From contig OX597816.1 in NCBI GenBank assembly GCA_951406725.2, positions 49,042,001 through 49,106,000 of the forward strand: 64,000 nucleotides of DNA. Direction: 5' to 3'. Origin of the DNA: Octopus vulgaris (lineage: Eukaryota). Below, in pieces: positions 28,095-42,205 of this stretch. The position numbers and the translations under genes were made by a program. The notes under the pieces were generated by a model. The model was not told the DNA's origin. It saw only the letters and a program-made list of their open reading frames with translations, and searched no databases. How positions within the stretch are numbered: position 1 is the first letter of the stretch; every line of letters begins with the position of its first letter.

Positions 28095-28710
28095 GTAAAA
28101 CTTGTCATTTTTTTATTGTCGTCTTATTATTTAATTATATACGGTACATATTAACAGTGTGTGATGTAGTTGAAGCAGCTTGGAAAATAAATTATTATGT
28201 CATATGTTTGATAGTTTGGACAGTGTCTACCAATATAGCTTTAAAGCAATCGTACATACCAAGGCATATTTGGGTAATCACCTTTGTAGTTTCTCAGTCG
28301 CTTCAAATAACCTTCTCAGACATTTAAAATGATATTTTAATTTAAACATGTTTGTTGTCAGTGACCGTTACTTTTAAAATATTAAATTTTGTATCTAACA
28401 GATTTAAGGTGAAAAAAAAAAATAAACAAACAAAGCAAAACAGATATGCATATTTGTAGCATTTACTAAATCAAGAATAATGACATTTATTCTAGAAAAT
28501 GACATTTATGATGACCTTTCTTCCGGAAAATGTCCGAATCTTTAACTGCTGTTAGAATTCGTAGAGTAAAATAGTTTTATAAAACTTCCAGATTATGAAG
28601 ATAACAGTACAACTGAGAAATATTAACTGCTTCAAACGATCTATAAAAAGCCAACTTAATTAACTTAATTGGTAACACAATTCAGCAAAGACGAATAACG
28701 GGTACACAAG

Positions 28711-28871
28711 CTCAGGAGTGACTGTGTGGTAAGTAGCTTGCTTACCAACCACATGTTTCCGGGTTCAGTCCCACTGCGTGGCACCTTGGGCAAGTGTCTT
28801 CTACTATATCTCCGGGCCGACCAAAGCCTTGTGAGTGGATTTGGTAGGCGGAAACTGAAAGAAGCCCGTCG

Positions 28872-28904
<33 letters not shown>

Positions 28905-29118
28905 GTGTGTGTGTTTGTGTATCTGTGTTTGTCCCCCCAACATCACTTGACAACCGATGCCGATGTGTTTGCGTCCCCGTAACTTAGCGGTTCATCAAAA
29001 GAGACCGATAGAATAAGTACTAGGCTTACAAAGAATAAGTCCCGGGAGTCGATTTCCTCGACTAAAGGCGGTGCTCCAGCATGGCCGCAGTCAAATGACT
29101 GAAACAAGTAAAAGTAAA
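28711..29118 (+). mobile_element. SINE family A, full length
   Basis: Near-identical to the 5838 copy. Confidence 0.92.
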
Positions 29119-29399
29119 AAAAAGAACAGAAAGGTATTTTTATTCACTTAGAAATTTAATTTGATTTTTGTTTATTCTTCATGGATTATGTATTATTGTT
29201 ATTATTACACTGGAGATTAACGTCAAAACCAACCGTTTACTTTATAACTTAGGGATACTCCATAATATACGAGTTCCAATAATTGAAGAAGCTACTATGT
29301 GGTCTGTAGGCATGCTTGAAATAGCAATCACATCATAACGTCTTAAAATGGAAAGACGAATCTCATAAAGAAATGGGTTACTCTAGGTTTTTGGTTATA

Positions 29400-29650
29400 G
29401 TTCAGCATGATCAGTACTTATCTGGGGGTAAACGACAATATCAGCGTATCAGTACATACTCCCCAGGAGCCTTTAGCAAAGTATACCGTTGGAGACATCT
29501 GAACTCATCTTCAGTTCTTTTCCCTGCAACGTTTTTGCCTGGAGACATTACCCGGCTGATATTTAAGCTGAGCACAAGACACATCAATTTCAACAATTTA
29601 TAGAACTTGTAGAAATCACACGCCCTGTTTCTGCTCCCTTTCATTTATAC
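29400..29650 (-). mobile_element. Probable RTE-type RT fragment
   Basis: Decayed TEDEFR...PGE..YAD-IV, resembling the PWELLYADD motif. Confidence 0.4.
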
Positions 29651-29924
29651 ATTCGTCACCAATGCTGTAAATTATGGACCTGATTTGATTGATAGTGTAC
29701 GATATTTTCATTTGATTATCATGCATGCCAACCAAAATAATCATAAACAAAAATTACATAGTAAGAGATATTAGGGCAACTTATTTTTGTAGTTTCTTAC
29801 CTCACTCATTTCTAATAACTTTCTATGATATCTAATGTGATTATATAATTTAAGATATATTGTCATTGACCATTAGTTTTAAAGTATCACTCAGTCACGA
29901 TGTTTAGAGTCTTCTACGCTAACG

Positions 29925-30090
29925 CACATGGCCTAGTGTTTAGAGTGTTCAGATCACAGTCGTAAGGTTGTAGCTTCGATTCCTAGACCAGTAGCATTTT
30001 GTGTTCTCCAGAAACGCGCTTTTCACGTTGTTCCATTCTACTCAGCTGAAGATGAATACTAGCCGAATGCTGGTATTCAGTCCCTCGAGC
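29925..30090 (+). mobile_element. Old tRNA-derived SINE (family E)
   Basis: tggcctagtgttag A box and gcttcgattcct B box. Confidence 0.6.
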
Positions 30091-30455
30091 TGCCATATCC
30101 TGAATGTTTTAAAAATTCAAAGAGTAGGAGTTCCGAGTAGGTGTCTGTGTCTGTCCGCAACTACATAGATACCTAAGCTAATAAATGAAATCTTGATATA
30201 TGCTAGTAACTCATCTTAGCTTGTGAATGACGACTAAGTTACTTAATGTTTCTATAGCAATACCCATTTATATAGTAAAGGGTCATCAGCATTTTGAGAG
30301 ATAATTTCTTCGGGCACTGGCTTCACGCCTGGCTGATGACACGATGTTAAACTACGATCTCGCAGCTGGTACGAGGTTTCAGCACCTCCATTCTCCGCTC
30401 TTTTTGCTCGATGGCTAATAACATTTCTTCATTAACTTAGATTGTCTAAGATAAA

Positions 30456-30612
30456 GGTGCAGGCGTGGCTGTATTGTTAAGACGCTGACTTTGCAGCCAC
30501 ATGGTTTCGTTTATAGTTCCACTGGGCTGCTCGCTGGGAAAGTCTTTTGTGCTATAACCCCGGGCCATGTGAATGAATTTGAGAGAGAAAAATATTTGGT
30601 AGCCCGTCGTAT
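30456..30612 (+). mobile_element. SINE family A, diverged 5' half
   Basis: gcaggcgtggctgt...ccacatggtt...agcccgtcgta. Confidence 0.65.
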
Positions 30613-31438
30613 TATACATAGAATTAAGGATAAAAATCATGTTAAAGATTTTATCTGGTGGTCAGCATGAAATAAAAACCTCATCAGTAATTTATATATA
30701 CCAAAATTTATCATTCATCTACGGGATTAGTTGAATAAGGCCGCAATTTACTCACACGCAGCATCTTTCAGAGCTTGTCGCTAATTCAGTTCTTAACCAA
30801 ATGGAAAACTGTTAACATTTTTCGAAGAGGACGACTGGTCCCTAGCTACATTTTGGCATAAAGAAATTTAGATTTGGTCTAATAGGAAAAAAAATTGCAT
30901 CAAAATTTGTAGCATCGTTATAGGAAAGTAATTAATGCCAACAATCAAGTTTAAATCTAAATAACTTTAAGAGCAAAATATATTTATATTAGCTTCAACG
31001 ATAGAAGAAAGCATTAAAAATTTCATAATTTTGTTGCCATGCAAAAAGAATGTATATAAAAAATTTGTGAGGCAAAATATCATGAAAAAAATATGAGTAA
31101 GGTAAAAAATTGGATTTAAGTATAATTAACTTTTTTTATTAAAAAGAAAATAAACTATATTCCAATTAAGCTTAAATGATAGGGCTCAATTCGAGGAATT
31201 TCACAGTATCAATCTCATGCAATGAAGTTTTAAAAGAAAAATGTTATGAGTGTTTGTTTCTCAAATTTGAGGGTGATAATATAGTTGTATACGTTTTTAT
31301 GAATATAGTTCTAGGGGACTTTTAATATATGTCACCGGCATCATTGAGATAAGGAAAAAATTATTAACGAAACCGCTAACTGACACATTTGATACACCAT
31401 TAATTAACATACTAGCATAGCCTGGAAAAAACATGGAT

Positions 31439-32317
31439 TACATGGAAAAATGCGAGCAAGAAAAATAATGTTCTTAAGATTATAAATCTGGAAAAGTTCA
31501 GGACAAGTTATTACATCTTTGACAAGTAATAAATCTTGGAAAAGTTCAGGACAAGTTATTAAATCTGGTAAAGTACAGAACAATAAAGATTTTACTTAAA
31601 ATATTATTGCAGCTAAGGATAAAATTTGAATATCGAAAATTATTTGATTTTAATTTACAAAGTAACATCATAATTAAAAAAGGTACCATGATTTTGTTAA
31701 AATACTGACACACTAGAATACTTAAGAAATGAGAGCCAGAAGTACCAACATAGCTAAAGCGTTATGCAAATTAGAACAGTATTTATATATGGTAGGTAAA
31801 TTCAGTATGTCAAAAATAGGCATTAGGTCAAGACTAAAAATCTGACGACTTGTCAATAACTTAGGCAATAACATAAGCACATTTTACTGTGAATTTGTTG
31901 TTATAGGTAGATTTTACTGTAATATATAACTAATTTTTGTATTATTCTATATATTGTACTAATTACGTACTATAATATTTTTTATAACCAATTTTCAAAT
32001 TTCTAATTATTAATTGATAATTAAAAAACTGAACAATTATAAAGTGCAAAAAATATTTTGAGTTATTTAAAAAATTTTTAATAGAAATAACAAGTAATAA
32101 CAAATAGAAGTAATAACTTGTAATAATTTTTTTAGTTTTAATAAAAGCTAATATTTTCTAAATCTAAACATTTTATTTGAAATTGTATCCTTGGCTGCAA
32201 TATTTTGAGTAAAAACTTTCCTGTTCTGTACTTTACCAGACGTAACAACTTGTCCTGTACTTTTCCAGATTTATAATCTTAAGAATATTATTTCTCTTGC
32301 TCGCATTTTTCCATGTA
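31439..32317. mobile_element. MITE with about 200 bp TIRs and TA target
   Basis: TA-CATGGAAAAATGCGAGCAAG... mirrored by ...CTTGCTCGCATTTTTCCATG-TA; subterminal repeats of aaatctggaaaagttcaggacaag. Confidence 0.85.
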
Positions 32318-32325
32318 ATAATTCT

Positions 32326-32376
<51 letters not shown>

Positions 32377-32378
<2 letters not shown>

Positions 32379-32632
32379 AAGGGGATCAGGAAAAACCTTC
32401 ACCGATATGCTAAAAGATAAATGCCAATGGCACTAAAAAAACTACCGTAAATCTTTTTCATTGCTTTCAGCTCCAAATTGGTTGCAATATACAATTAACT
32501 GTGAAGTACTATTTATTATTTTTCAATTACCCGCTTACAACCTGTGCTGTGGGAGATTTACAGTGTTTTTTTTTAGTGCTATTGGTATTTATCTTTTAGC
32601 GTGTCGGTGAAAGTTTTTCTTAATCGCTTTAA
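32377..32632. mobile_element. MITE with about 75 bp TIRs and TTAA flanks (Kolobok/piggyBac-like target)
   Basis: ttaa-ggggatcaggaaaaaccttcaccga...gtaaatct is inverted to agatttac...tcggtgaaagtttttcttaatcgct-ttaa. Confidence 0.75.
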
Positions 32633-32789
32633 TATAATTATGTATATAGTTACGTATTTTTGTATATATATATATATCTGTAAATGTAATATGTGACAAT
32701 TATTATAATTGTCACATATTACATTTACAGATAAATTCCTCTATTTACATAATATCGAAGTCTCTTTCTTTCTTTTATTGTCTTTTTAT

Positions 32790-32832
<43 letters not shown>

Positions 32833-32836
<4 letters not shown>

Positions 32837-32958
32837 ACTGACAACCGCTGTTGCTTTGTTTAAGTCCCCGTAAATCAGCGGTTCACAAAAAGATATCGAT
32901 AGAATAAGAAACATATTAAAAAATAAAGCGGTGTCCTAGCATGGCCGTATCTAATTAT
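32833..32958 (+). mobile_element. SINE family A, 3' half
   Basis: gacaaccg..gtccccgtaa..agcggttc..gatagaataag..agcatggcc. Confidence 0.7.
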
Positions 32959-32993
32959 TTGCAGTAACTGAATCAATTTTTTGCTTTCTATAG

Positions 32994-33215
32994 GGCCATG
33001 TAATATGCAGTCACTTGGAAACATCGGATTTGCTTGACGCTTGGCTCCTATGTCAAAGCCTTGGATTGGTGTCTTTCAGCCAGGAACATAATTTCAGCGA
33101 GTTAATTGTTTGGCATGAAGTTTTCTTATCGCGTCTTCAAAACGCTAATGAAATGTTGTTGCCTGCAGGATACAATCGGAAACCAGAGAAATGTTTTATT
33201 TTCATTGTTGGGCAG
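32994..33215 (+). CDS. INTU: Inturned exon (222 nt, longin 2)
   Basis: ttgctttctatAG / CAG|GTATGT; GHVICSHLETSDLLDAWLLC...ELIVWHEVF...FIFIVGQ resembles human [20 protein letters not shown]...QLIIWREVF...FLLVVGL. Confidence 0.92.
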
Positions 33216-33354
33216 GTATGTATAAAGCCATCTTCTTTTCGCATTGATTAAATATACAACTATATTTCATCAGCTTTAAATCTATTTAAACGAATCGATT
33301 TATCTCAAAATAAATAAATAGACAAATAGACAAATAAATAAATAAATATAATCC

Positions 33355-33544
33355 TGTCTGCTACAGGTACAATGCCTGTAATTTTGTGGGTAGAGGCATA
33401 GTCGATTAAATTAACCCAACTAGTACTTATTTTATCGATCCCTAAAGGATGAAAGGCACAGTAGACTTCAGCAGAATTTGAAATCAGATGAAATACAACT
33501 AATCATTCCGTCCGGCTTGCAAACAGTTTTGCTTGCTCGCCGCC

Positions 33545-33602
<58 letters not shown>

Positions 33603-33820
33603 TTATAATAATAATAATCATTTCTACTAAAGGCACAAGGCCTAAAATTTTTGGAGGAGAGGACTAGTCGATTACGTCTAGTGCTTAACTAGTACTTAAT
33701 TTATCGACCTCGAAAGGATAAAAGGCGAAGTCGGCCGTCGTGGAATTTGAACTAAGAACGTAAAGACAGACGAAATACCGCTAAGCATTTTGCCCGACAT
33801 GCTAACGATTCTGCCAACTC
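33355..33820 (-). mobile_element. Two SINE family B copies separated by (AAT)n
   Basis: tacttattttatcga-cc-aaaggat-aaaggc motif occurs twice; the first copy ends gctcgccgcctt. Confidence 0.8.
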
Positions 33821-33845
33821 AGAATCTTATGTTGTTCTTAATAAG

Positions 33846-34001
33846 ACACAGGGGTGGCTATGTACTAGGAAATTTGTTTTCTAACAAAATGGCTCGGGTT
33901 CAGTCCTATTGTGTAGCATCTTGTGCAAGTGTCTTTCACTTTAAGCTCCAGCAAACCTTTGTGAGAGGATTTGTTTGAAAGAAACTGAAAGAAGATCGTC
34001 G

Positions 34002-34070
<69 letters not shown>
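33846..34070 (+). mobile_element. SINE family A, 5' half (3' half displaced to 37513)
   Basis: gggttcagtcc...ccttgtgag-ggattt...gaaactgaaagaag..gtcgtatata. Confidence 0.75.
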
Positions 34071-34072
<2 letters not shown>

Positions 34073-34075
<3 letters not shown>

Positions 34076-36905
34076 CAGTATCGCTCGGGTTTGTTTCGAC
34101 CCGGTGGAATTGGAATTTTTGAAAAGTAAAAATTTTGCATTATGTAGCTTGTTATTCTGTTCAAGTGAACATTTTTCTAGTTGAAATACACCGAAAGGTG
34201 GCGACACAGCAGTGAAAAAATCGTAAAAAATATGGATTTTCATAGAAAAAAGCACTTTTTGATGTAAATAATTTTTGATGTTAACATGGTCCGATTTGAA
34301 TTTTATCTTCTACGGAAGGAAGAGCAACCCTTCTGTTATCATACTCTCAATTTTGGTCAACTTGCGCCGCAGGGTCTCGGAGGAGATAGTGTTAGTTGAA
34401 GGCTACCAAACCTGCCGCACACAGACAACTTCAGCTTTATATAGAGTGAGATAACACACACATTAATACACACACATACACACACAGACAGACATGTATG
34501 TATGGATGTATGTATGTATATATGTACATCTGTCCACTTCTTGCCATATTTCTATCCTTCACTTCCTACACACACACACACACAGACACACTCACACACA
34601 CACACACACTCACACACACACACACACACACACGCACGCACACACACGCACACACACACACGCACACACACACACACCTTCTTAGCTTACAATTTCTTTC
34701 TTTCAACAATTGACAACTGAAGTACGCTCGCAAATTAATACTACCAAAACTTAGCGACAGAAAGTATATTAAAAACCAATTGACCTTTTCTGTTGAGTTA
34801 TGATGGCAATTCGACCGTCTGAATTCCTTAAATCCGTCTCTTTTCTTCAACTGAACTTACTTCATATCGTTTCTTAAAGTCCTTTGTGAAATGTAGGAGT
34901 GTTTTTTTGTTCTTTCTCGAGAAACTTTTGTTTCCTCAACACTAAAAACTAACGGAAAGTAGACAACAGTCCCAGTACAATTGGTGTAATAGTGTAACTC
35001 ATAATGTGAGCAGCTATATGTGTTACGAACACGTATGCTCTAGCTTGGTCTTGGCCATAATAGCTTTCATGCTGTGTTAAAAGAGAATGGATGCCCTATG
35101 TAGGCAAGAGGGGAATGAAGCATGGGTAAGTAAATATGGGTAATTTATAAGATATAGAACAATAGCATCTACTCACCATATGTCAGTTAATTATTGGTGT
35201 GTGTTTGCAAATGTGTTCGAATGAGAAAGTGAATTGTGTTTGGCGCCTTTTTTACTAATAACAAACACACACGTGTGTGTGTGTGTGTGTTTGAGTGTTT
35301 GTATGTAGTTGTTTCAAACGTTTGTGTTTGTCACTGTCATATATGTATATGTTTGCGTGTCTATGTGTGTGTGAAGAGTAAATCGTTATGTATTTATTTT
35401 GTTCTGTTTCCTGTCTGTCTATTTTTTTGATGAGTGGTTTGCAAAGAGAAAGTAGAAGTATATGTTTGCGTGTCTATGTGTGTTTGTGAGGAGTAAATCG
35501 TTATGTATTCATTTTTTCTCTGTTTCCTCTCTGTATTGTTTTTGAGTAGTGGTTTAAGCTACACTTGCAAAGAGAAAGTAGGAGAAAGTGTGGTAATAGA
35601 AGGAGTAAAGCATTTGAAATGAGAGAGGCAAATCGTAAAATATTGAGTTTTATCGAATTTTTGCTTAACTGGGGGTCAAATCGAAAGAAATTTATATGCC
35701 ATGACCCAATGGAATCTACTTCGAAAAATCATAGGTAAATTCCAATTGAAGAAATTCTATATTGTATTAAAAACAAACATAGTCACAGACAGAGAAAATC
35801 TGCCTTTTATAGTATACTAGCAGAATTGCCCGGCGTTGCTCGGGTTTGTTTCGACCCGCTGGAATTGTAATTTTGAAAAGTAAAAATTTTGTGAACATTT
35901 TTCTGGTCGAAATACACCGAAAAGTGGCGACATAGCAGTGAAAAAATCGTAAAAAATATGGATTTTCATAGAAAAAAGCATCTTTTTGATGTAAATAATT
36001 TTTGGTGTTAACATGGTCGGATTTGAATTTTATGTTCTACGGAAGGAAGAGCAACCCTTCTTCTACCATACTCTCAATTTTGGTCAACTTGCGCCGCAGG
36101 GTCTCGGAGGAGATAGTGTTAGTTGAAGGTTACCATTCTAGGTGCCTGAGTAACAACCTCGCGGATTTACAGATAAATGAATTAATTACTATTTTACAGA
36201 ATAAAATTAAATAATTCTTGAAAATTAATTAATATTAATATTTTTTGAACAAAGTAAATAATTTTTAAAACTTAAATAATAATTTTTTTTACACAAACGC
36301 GAACGGGGAAAAGGGGGTGGCGAATTCGATTTACATACCTAAATTTTTTCTTTTTCATGACATTGTAGCAAAATAGTAGTGAATTATATAAATACCAGCA
36401 GTACATTTTTTTTTCTGGGGTATTTTTTTTCAACCTCGTCACATATTTGCCCCTTTCAATTTAAACAAAGTCTTAATTAAGCAATTACGGCAGCTTAGCA
36501 ATGGTTTCAATACAGGCGTGACATCTGTATCTCAATTGTTCAAAACCCTTCGAATTTTTTTCGCACGTGATGATATCATAGTGAAAACTTTCAATTACGC
36601 GCGCTTAAAAGTACGCTCGCAAATTAATACTACCAAAATTTTGAAGTTCGCGCTCCGCTTGTGTGTGTGTGTGTGCGTGCGTGCTTTAGGTGTACGTAGG
36701 TATGTGTTTTTGTGTGTGTGTGTCACTGAAGCCATACATACATATATACATACATAACCTCTCTCTCTCTTTTCTCTCTCAGTCACGCACTACAAAAAGT
36801 GAATAAAAAAAGTTCAGTTATTTCTGTCTTTCACTCTGTCCCTTTACACACACTAACAAAAGCACTTCACTTACACACCACACTTTCTGTGTCGCACAAC
36901 CCATC

Positions 36906-36950
<45 letters not shown>

Positions 36951-37510
36951 GCACGCACACATGTACATCAATGCTTTCGGAGTGAAATGTTAAAATATTG
37001 AGTTTTCTCGAATTTTGTCTTAATTGGGGGTGAAATTGAAAGAAATATATTATGGCATGACCGAATGGAGTACTTTGAAAAATCTTAGGTAAACTCTAAT
37101 TGAAGAAATTGTGTGAGGAGTAAATCGTTATGTATTTATTTGTTTCTGTTTGCTGTGTTTTTTATTTTTTGAGTAGTGGTTTAAATACTTTCAGTTTAGT
37201 CTTCCTCAAATCACTCTGTCGCTATTTACTTTCATTTTATTCGTTGCACACTGTGTGTGTGCGTGTGCGTGTGGTGTAAACCACATTAAGAAAAGCATTT
37301 GACATACACACCAGAATGTGAGTTTTCTGTAAATTTTGCTTAATTGGAGTTTAAATTTTAAAAACTGGACCTGGCATGACCCGATGCATTCTACTCTTAA
37401 AAATGCTAGGTAAATTGTAATTGAAGAAATCCTATATTGTAGATTTCTATAAGTTACAAAGGGAGGCAGATAAAATCTGCCTTTCATAATAAGAGATTAT
37501 CATAAGAGAT
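34073..37510 (-). mobile_element. Composite array of non-autonomous Helitrons
   Basis: 34073-34410 is duplicated at 35817-36135; CTAG plus hairpin end at 35817; 5'-type ends at about 34451, 35815 and 37496; shared internal modules. Confidence 0.75.
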
Positions 37511-37512
37511 GA

Positions 37513-37665
37513 TATATATATATATATGCGTGGTTCATTTGCATCTGTTGTTGTCCACCGTTACTATTTGACAACCGACATTGCTTTGATTACGTTCCCG
37601 TTACTCAGCAGCGTGGCAAAGAGGCCAATAGAATAAGTACAAGACTTAGCAAAAATAAGTACCGG
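37513..37665 (+). mobile_element. SINE family A, 3' half
   Basis: ttgacaaccga..ttacgttcccgt..ggcaaagag-cc-atagaataagtac. Confidence 0.7.
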
Positions 37666-39140
37666 TTGGACTTAGGAACATTATATTGACGGATATATTG
37701 TCAGGCTAATGTTTTTGTCTGTATTTATGATATGACAACTTCAGGATCGAAATTTTATGTACAACCTGCAGCCTGCAGAATGCTTCTATTATAACAATTA
37801 CTTACATGAAGTATTTCTAAAATTTTTAATTAAAAAAATACTAAAAAAAAACCCTTTGTTCATTGGTTGAACATAATTTTTGTTGCAATGTCGTCCTTCT
37901 TTTTATAAGTCACAGGTAGAATATATTCGTAAAATTTGCTTTGTAATTTGTAAAGACTGAATAGATCCAGCTGCGTGAAAAAAATCGTCCTTACACATCA
38001 AATGCTGGTGTTATTCATTGATAAATTCGTCTCCAAACGATTTCATGTGAAAAGCGCAATTGCAATCTTGAATGATATGCAAGAACAGTTTCTATTTCTA
38101 AATGATACTCCAAAGGCCAGTCGTAAGTTCTAGTATATAAATTATAAGCAAATGGATATCAGAACAAGACATGCTTAATGTTTCAATTACTAGCAGCACA
38201 ATTGCTAATATAAGTATAAAGCCAAAGGATACCATTTTTCCATATGTATAATTATGATTAGAATGATAATCAAACGCAGTCCTTAGATCAGTCCTTCACT
38301 TTTCTGGATACTCTTAAATTCTACTTTTTGGCTTTTTGCACTAAGTTGCGTCCATTTTCCTTCTATCTTGCTGTATGCTATTTTTGAAGTTTCATTTCTT
38401 TGTCTTGCCTGGAATGTTTTATATTTCTATAGTAATTTCTCATTGTCAGTGGTATTATTCATCTTTATCACATTCTTTTACTCTTTTAATACCTCACTGT
38501 TCCTCATTTTTAGCAATCTTATTTTTATATCTTGTTCTGATATTTTTTATTTTCACGTTCACTTATTACTCTCTTTTTCATCGTCACACGATGTTTCTCT
38601 TCCAGTATATTTCTTACATATTTATTAATGTTTATGCAAAAGAGAGCATCGTAGTAGCCGTTATCAGTTTGATCATTATATCATACAGTTATGGTTATTC
38701 ACAGAAGCACCCGATCACTTAGGTTCACCATTAGCAGCTGAGCGCTTTTGGGAGCAATAATATTCTCATCATATTATCATGAAGCTGAATTGCTACATTG
38801 TATGATTTACTAACGGTAAAAAATCTCAACATTACCGGTGCGTATTGCATCTCTAGTCTTGAATGTTTAATATTTTCTGTATTGTGTTTCTAAAAATATG
38901 TAAATGAAAACTCCAATATGCGTAGAGGACTTAATACCTTCACCGTCAAAAAGTGATAAAGATGTACACTGACAGTTGTTGTCCACCATAATTGTTTTTA
39001 AATGCAATCTATTCAAGAAATAATTGAATTATTCATTGAATTTAATAAAGTAGTTTACCTTTTATTTAGAATTTCGAAGGTTTATTTGCGAATAGTACCT
39101 AGATTAATACTTTCAGCATTCACGAATGACAACGTTCTAT

Positions 39141-39495
39141 CCTAGTGGTCCTCAACCGAGGTCCATATGGCCTCTACGGGTCCATATAAGATTTTGGGGG
39201 TCCACGCAACAAAATGGCAAATTGGGGATTCACAATAATATTGTAAGGGCCACTGAAAAAAAATTTGCCGTATATGTATGTATTGGTATGAATTTCAAAA
39301 AACAGCTACGTTTCTTTCTCTAACATTTTACATTGTCTAATCTACACAAGTGAATGCGTAATGAACATAGAATGATTTTGAAAGAAATATCTATAAAATT
39401 AGTTTTTACACATAGAATGGTTATGGGGGTCCACCAGAATAAAATAATAATCAAAGGGATCCATAAACAATAAAAAATAAAAATGGCTGAGGTTT
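39141..39495. mobile_element. hAT (Charlie-like) MITE
   Basis: Begins -tagtggtcctcaacc (CAGTGGTTCTCAACC-type TIR) and ends aaatggctgag; repeated ggggtcca motifs. Confidence 0.55.
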
Positions 39496-39569
39496 AAAAT
39501 TTGAAAGGCGGAAATAATTTGGTTCTTTCAGGATAGTTTCGGTTTAAAAGATGAGCGGTTGGTGTATAG

Positions 39570-39729
39570 GGAGAGAGGAAACGGGAAAGGAAGAGAGATA
39601 TTCGGAACAAAGAGAGAAAAGATAGAGAGAGAGAGAGAAGTACAATAAAAATGATTGAATCACAAATAGAAAGAAAGAGAGAAAGGAGTATGAGAAATTG
39701 GGCGAAAAGGAAAGATAGGGTAGAGAGAA

Positions 39730-39781
<52 letters not shown>

Positions 39782-39880
39782 GGACACAGAAACGAATGGA
39801 GAGAGAGAGACGAAGAGTGGGAAAGAGAGAAGAGAAAGGGAGAGAGAGACGAAGAGAGAGAGAGAGAGAGAGAGAGTGAA
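39570..39880. repeat. (GA)n-rich polypurine tract
   Basis: Direct inspection. Confidence 0.9.
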
Positions 39881-40567
39881 AAAACCTGAAAGTCATTTAA
39901 AATTAAGCATAAATTGCGTGTTCGACGTCACACTTAATCACGCAAGCTATTTATATACAGGGGGCAATACAAGATATTTCATAACATAGCCCTCCTGCCC
40001 ACCCACTAAAAAATTTGTCTTTTTCTAATGCTTTTCTTGATTTAAATACTAATTCCTCGTTCAATAAAGCTTCGTGATAGATAGAATACCTCTGCCTAGT
40101 TTTATTAGTAGAAAAGATATGGATAGTTTCAATGAAACTAAACGATGTAATTTATCTTTAATTCAGAATTTTGATGGCTTCCTGAAGGGTACGGTGACAG
40201 CTATTGTCATCAGCTAACATTGGTAAATATTTCTTCTGTAAAATGTGGTCTGTACAGAATCGGAAAGGCGGAAAGTGTTCGGATGTTTCCGGACTGATAC
40301 GCCCCCTTAAACGTTGAATGGTTGACACATAAGTGTGTGTATACGAGAAAGATGGGTAGATAGATGGGTAGATAAAGTGGAAGTTAGAAGGAAAACAGGG
40401 CTAAGCAGATGAATGAGAGATAAATAGTTAAATATACACACACATACACACACACACATATATAAAGAGAAAGAGAGAGAGAGAGAGAGAGAAGGGGAGA
40501 CAGAGGCTGTACTTTAGAATGAGTTACAAGAATATTGATAAAATGTCTGAATGATTGGAAGAGAGAG

Positions 40568-40605
<38 letters not shown>

Positions 40606-40799
40606 AGAAAAGGAAAATAAAGAGAACAATGTTGAAAACTATCTCCCTCACGTTTCAAGTTACACACACGTACAGCACAGCGAAGTTCAATGCTTTACGT
40701 AGTATATACTTACACATCACACACATATATTTGTATTGTGGTCATATGCATACACACACACACACACATTCTTTTTACATACACCTTTCCCCCGTCTGT

Positions 40800-40854
<55 letters not shown>

Positions 40855-40875
40855 GTATATATATGTATGTATATA

Positions 40876-40942
<67 letters not shown>

Positions 40943-41523
40943 GTAAATATGTGTATGTATATATATATATATGTTATAAATTCTAAAGACCTGACAGCAT
41001 ATTCTAACATTTCAATGAAGACATTTCGTAAACATATTTACTAATTCTAACTTTTAAAAAAAATATTAGTTTTTTTTCAAGAAGTTTATTTTTTTTTTTA
41101 CTGAGAGTGCTCCTACTGTTAGCAAACACTACGATAACATTTATCATCTAGACTTCAACATGATAACACCATAATCTAGTAATATCAATGCTCTTTTATC
41201 AAATAGGCTCTCCTACAAATGAAATTAAAGATTTATATAACAAAAGGAATACTGCGCAACTGAGTCCTATATCTTATATCACAATATCTTGTTTTAGTTT
41301 AAATAGATTTTTTTTCTTTTTTAATGAAAATATTTCGGTTTAAATCTTGTCACGCACGCGAACACTTTGAAAAACACATGGAAACTTACGACTCGCATAC
41401 ATGATTATTTATGCACACAGGCAGAGACGGTGAGCTCCTGGAAGTTTAAGAATATACAACACACATGCGTGCGCACGCACACACACATCTGCCTATCTAT
41501 TTCTCTCTTTGTCTGTCAAACAG

Positions 41524-41595
<72 letters not shown>

Positions 41596-42129
41596 CCTGT
41601 TTCTTTACTACCCACAAGGGGCTAAACACAGAGAGGACAAACAAAGACAGACAAAGGTATTAAGTCGATTATATTGACCTCAGTGCGTAACTGGTACTTA
41701 ATTAATCGACCCCGAAAGGATGAAAGGCAAAGTCGACCTCGGCGGAATTTGAACTCAGAACGTAACGGCAGACGAAATACGGCTGCGCATTTCGTCCGGC
41801 GTGCTAGCGTTTCTGCCAGCTCGCCGCCTTACCTACCTACAAACCTACCTACCTACCTACCTACTTACCTACCTACCTACCTACCTACCTACCTACCTAT
41901 CTACCTACCTACCTACCTACCTACCTACCTACCTACCTACCTACCTACCTACCTACCTACCTACCTACCTACCTTCCTACCTCCCTACCTTCCTACCTAC
42001 CTTCCTACCTACCTACCTACCTACCTACCTACCTACCTACCTACCTATCTACCTACCTATCTATCTATCTACCGCTGATGTCAGAAGTATTTTATAAACT
42101 TTCCAGAGAATGTAAAGTATACATCAAAC

Positions 42130-42205
<76 letters not shown>

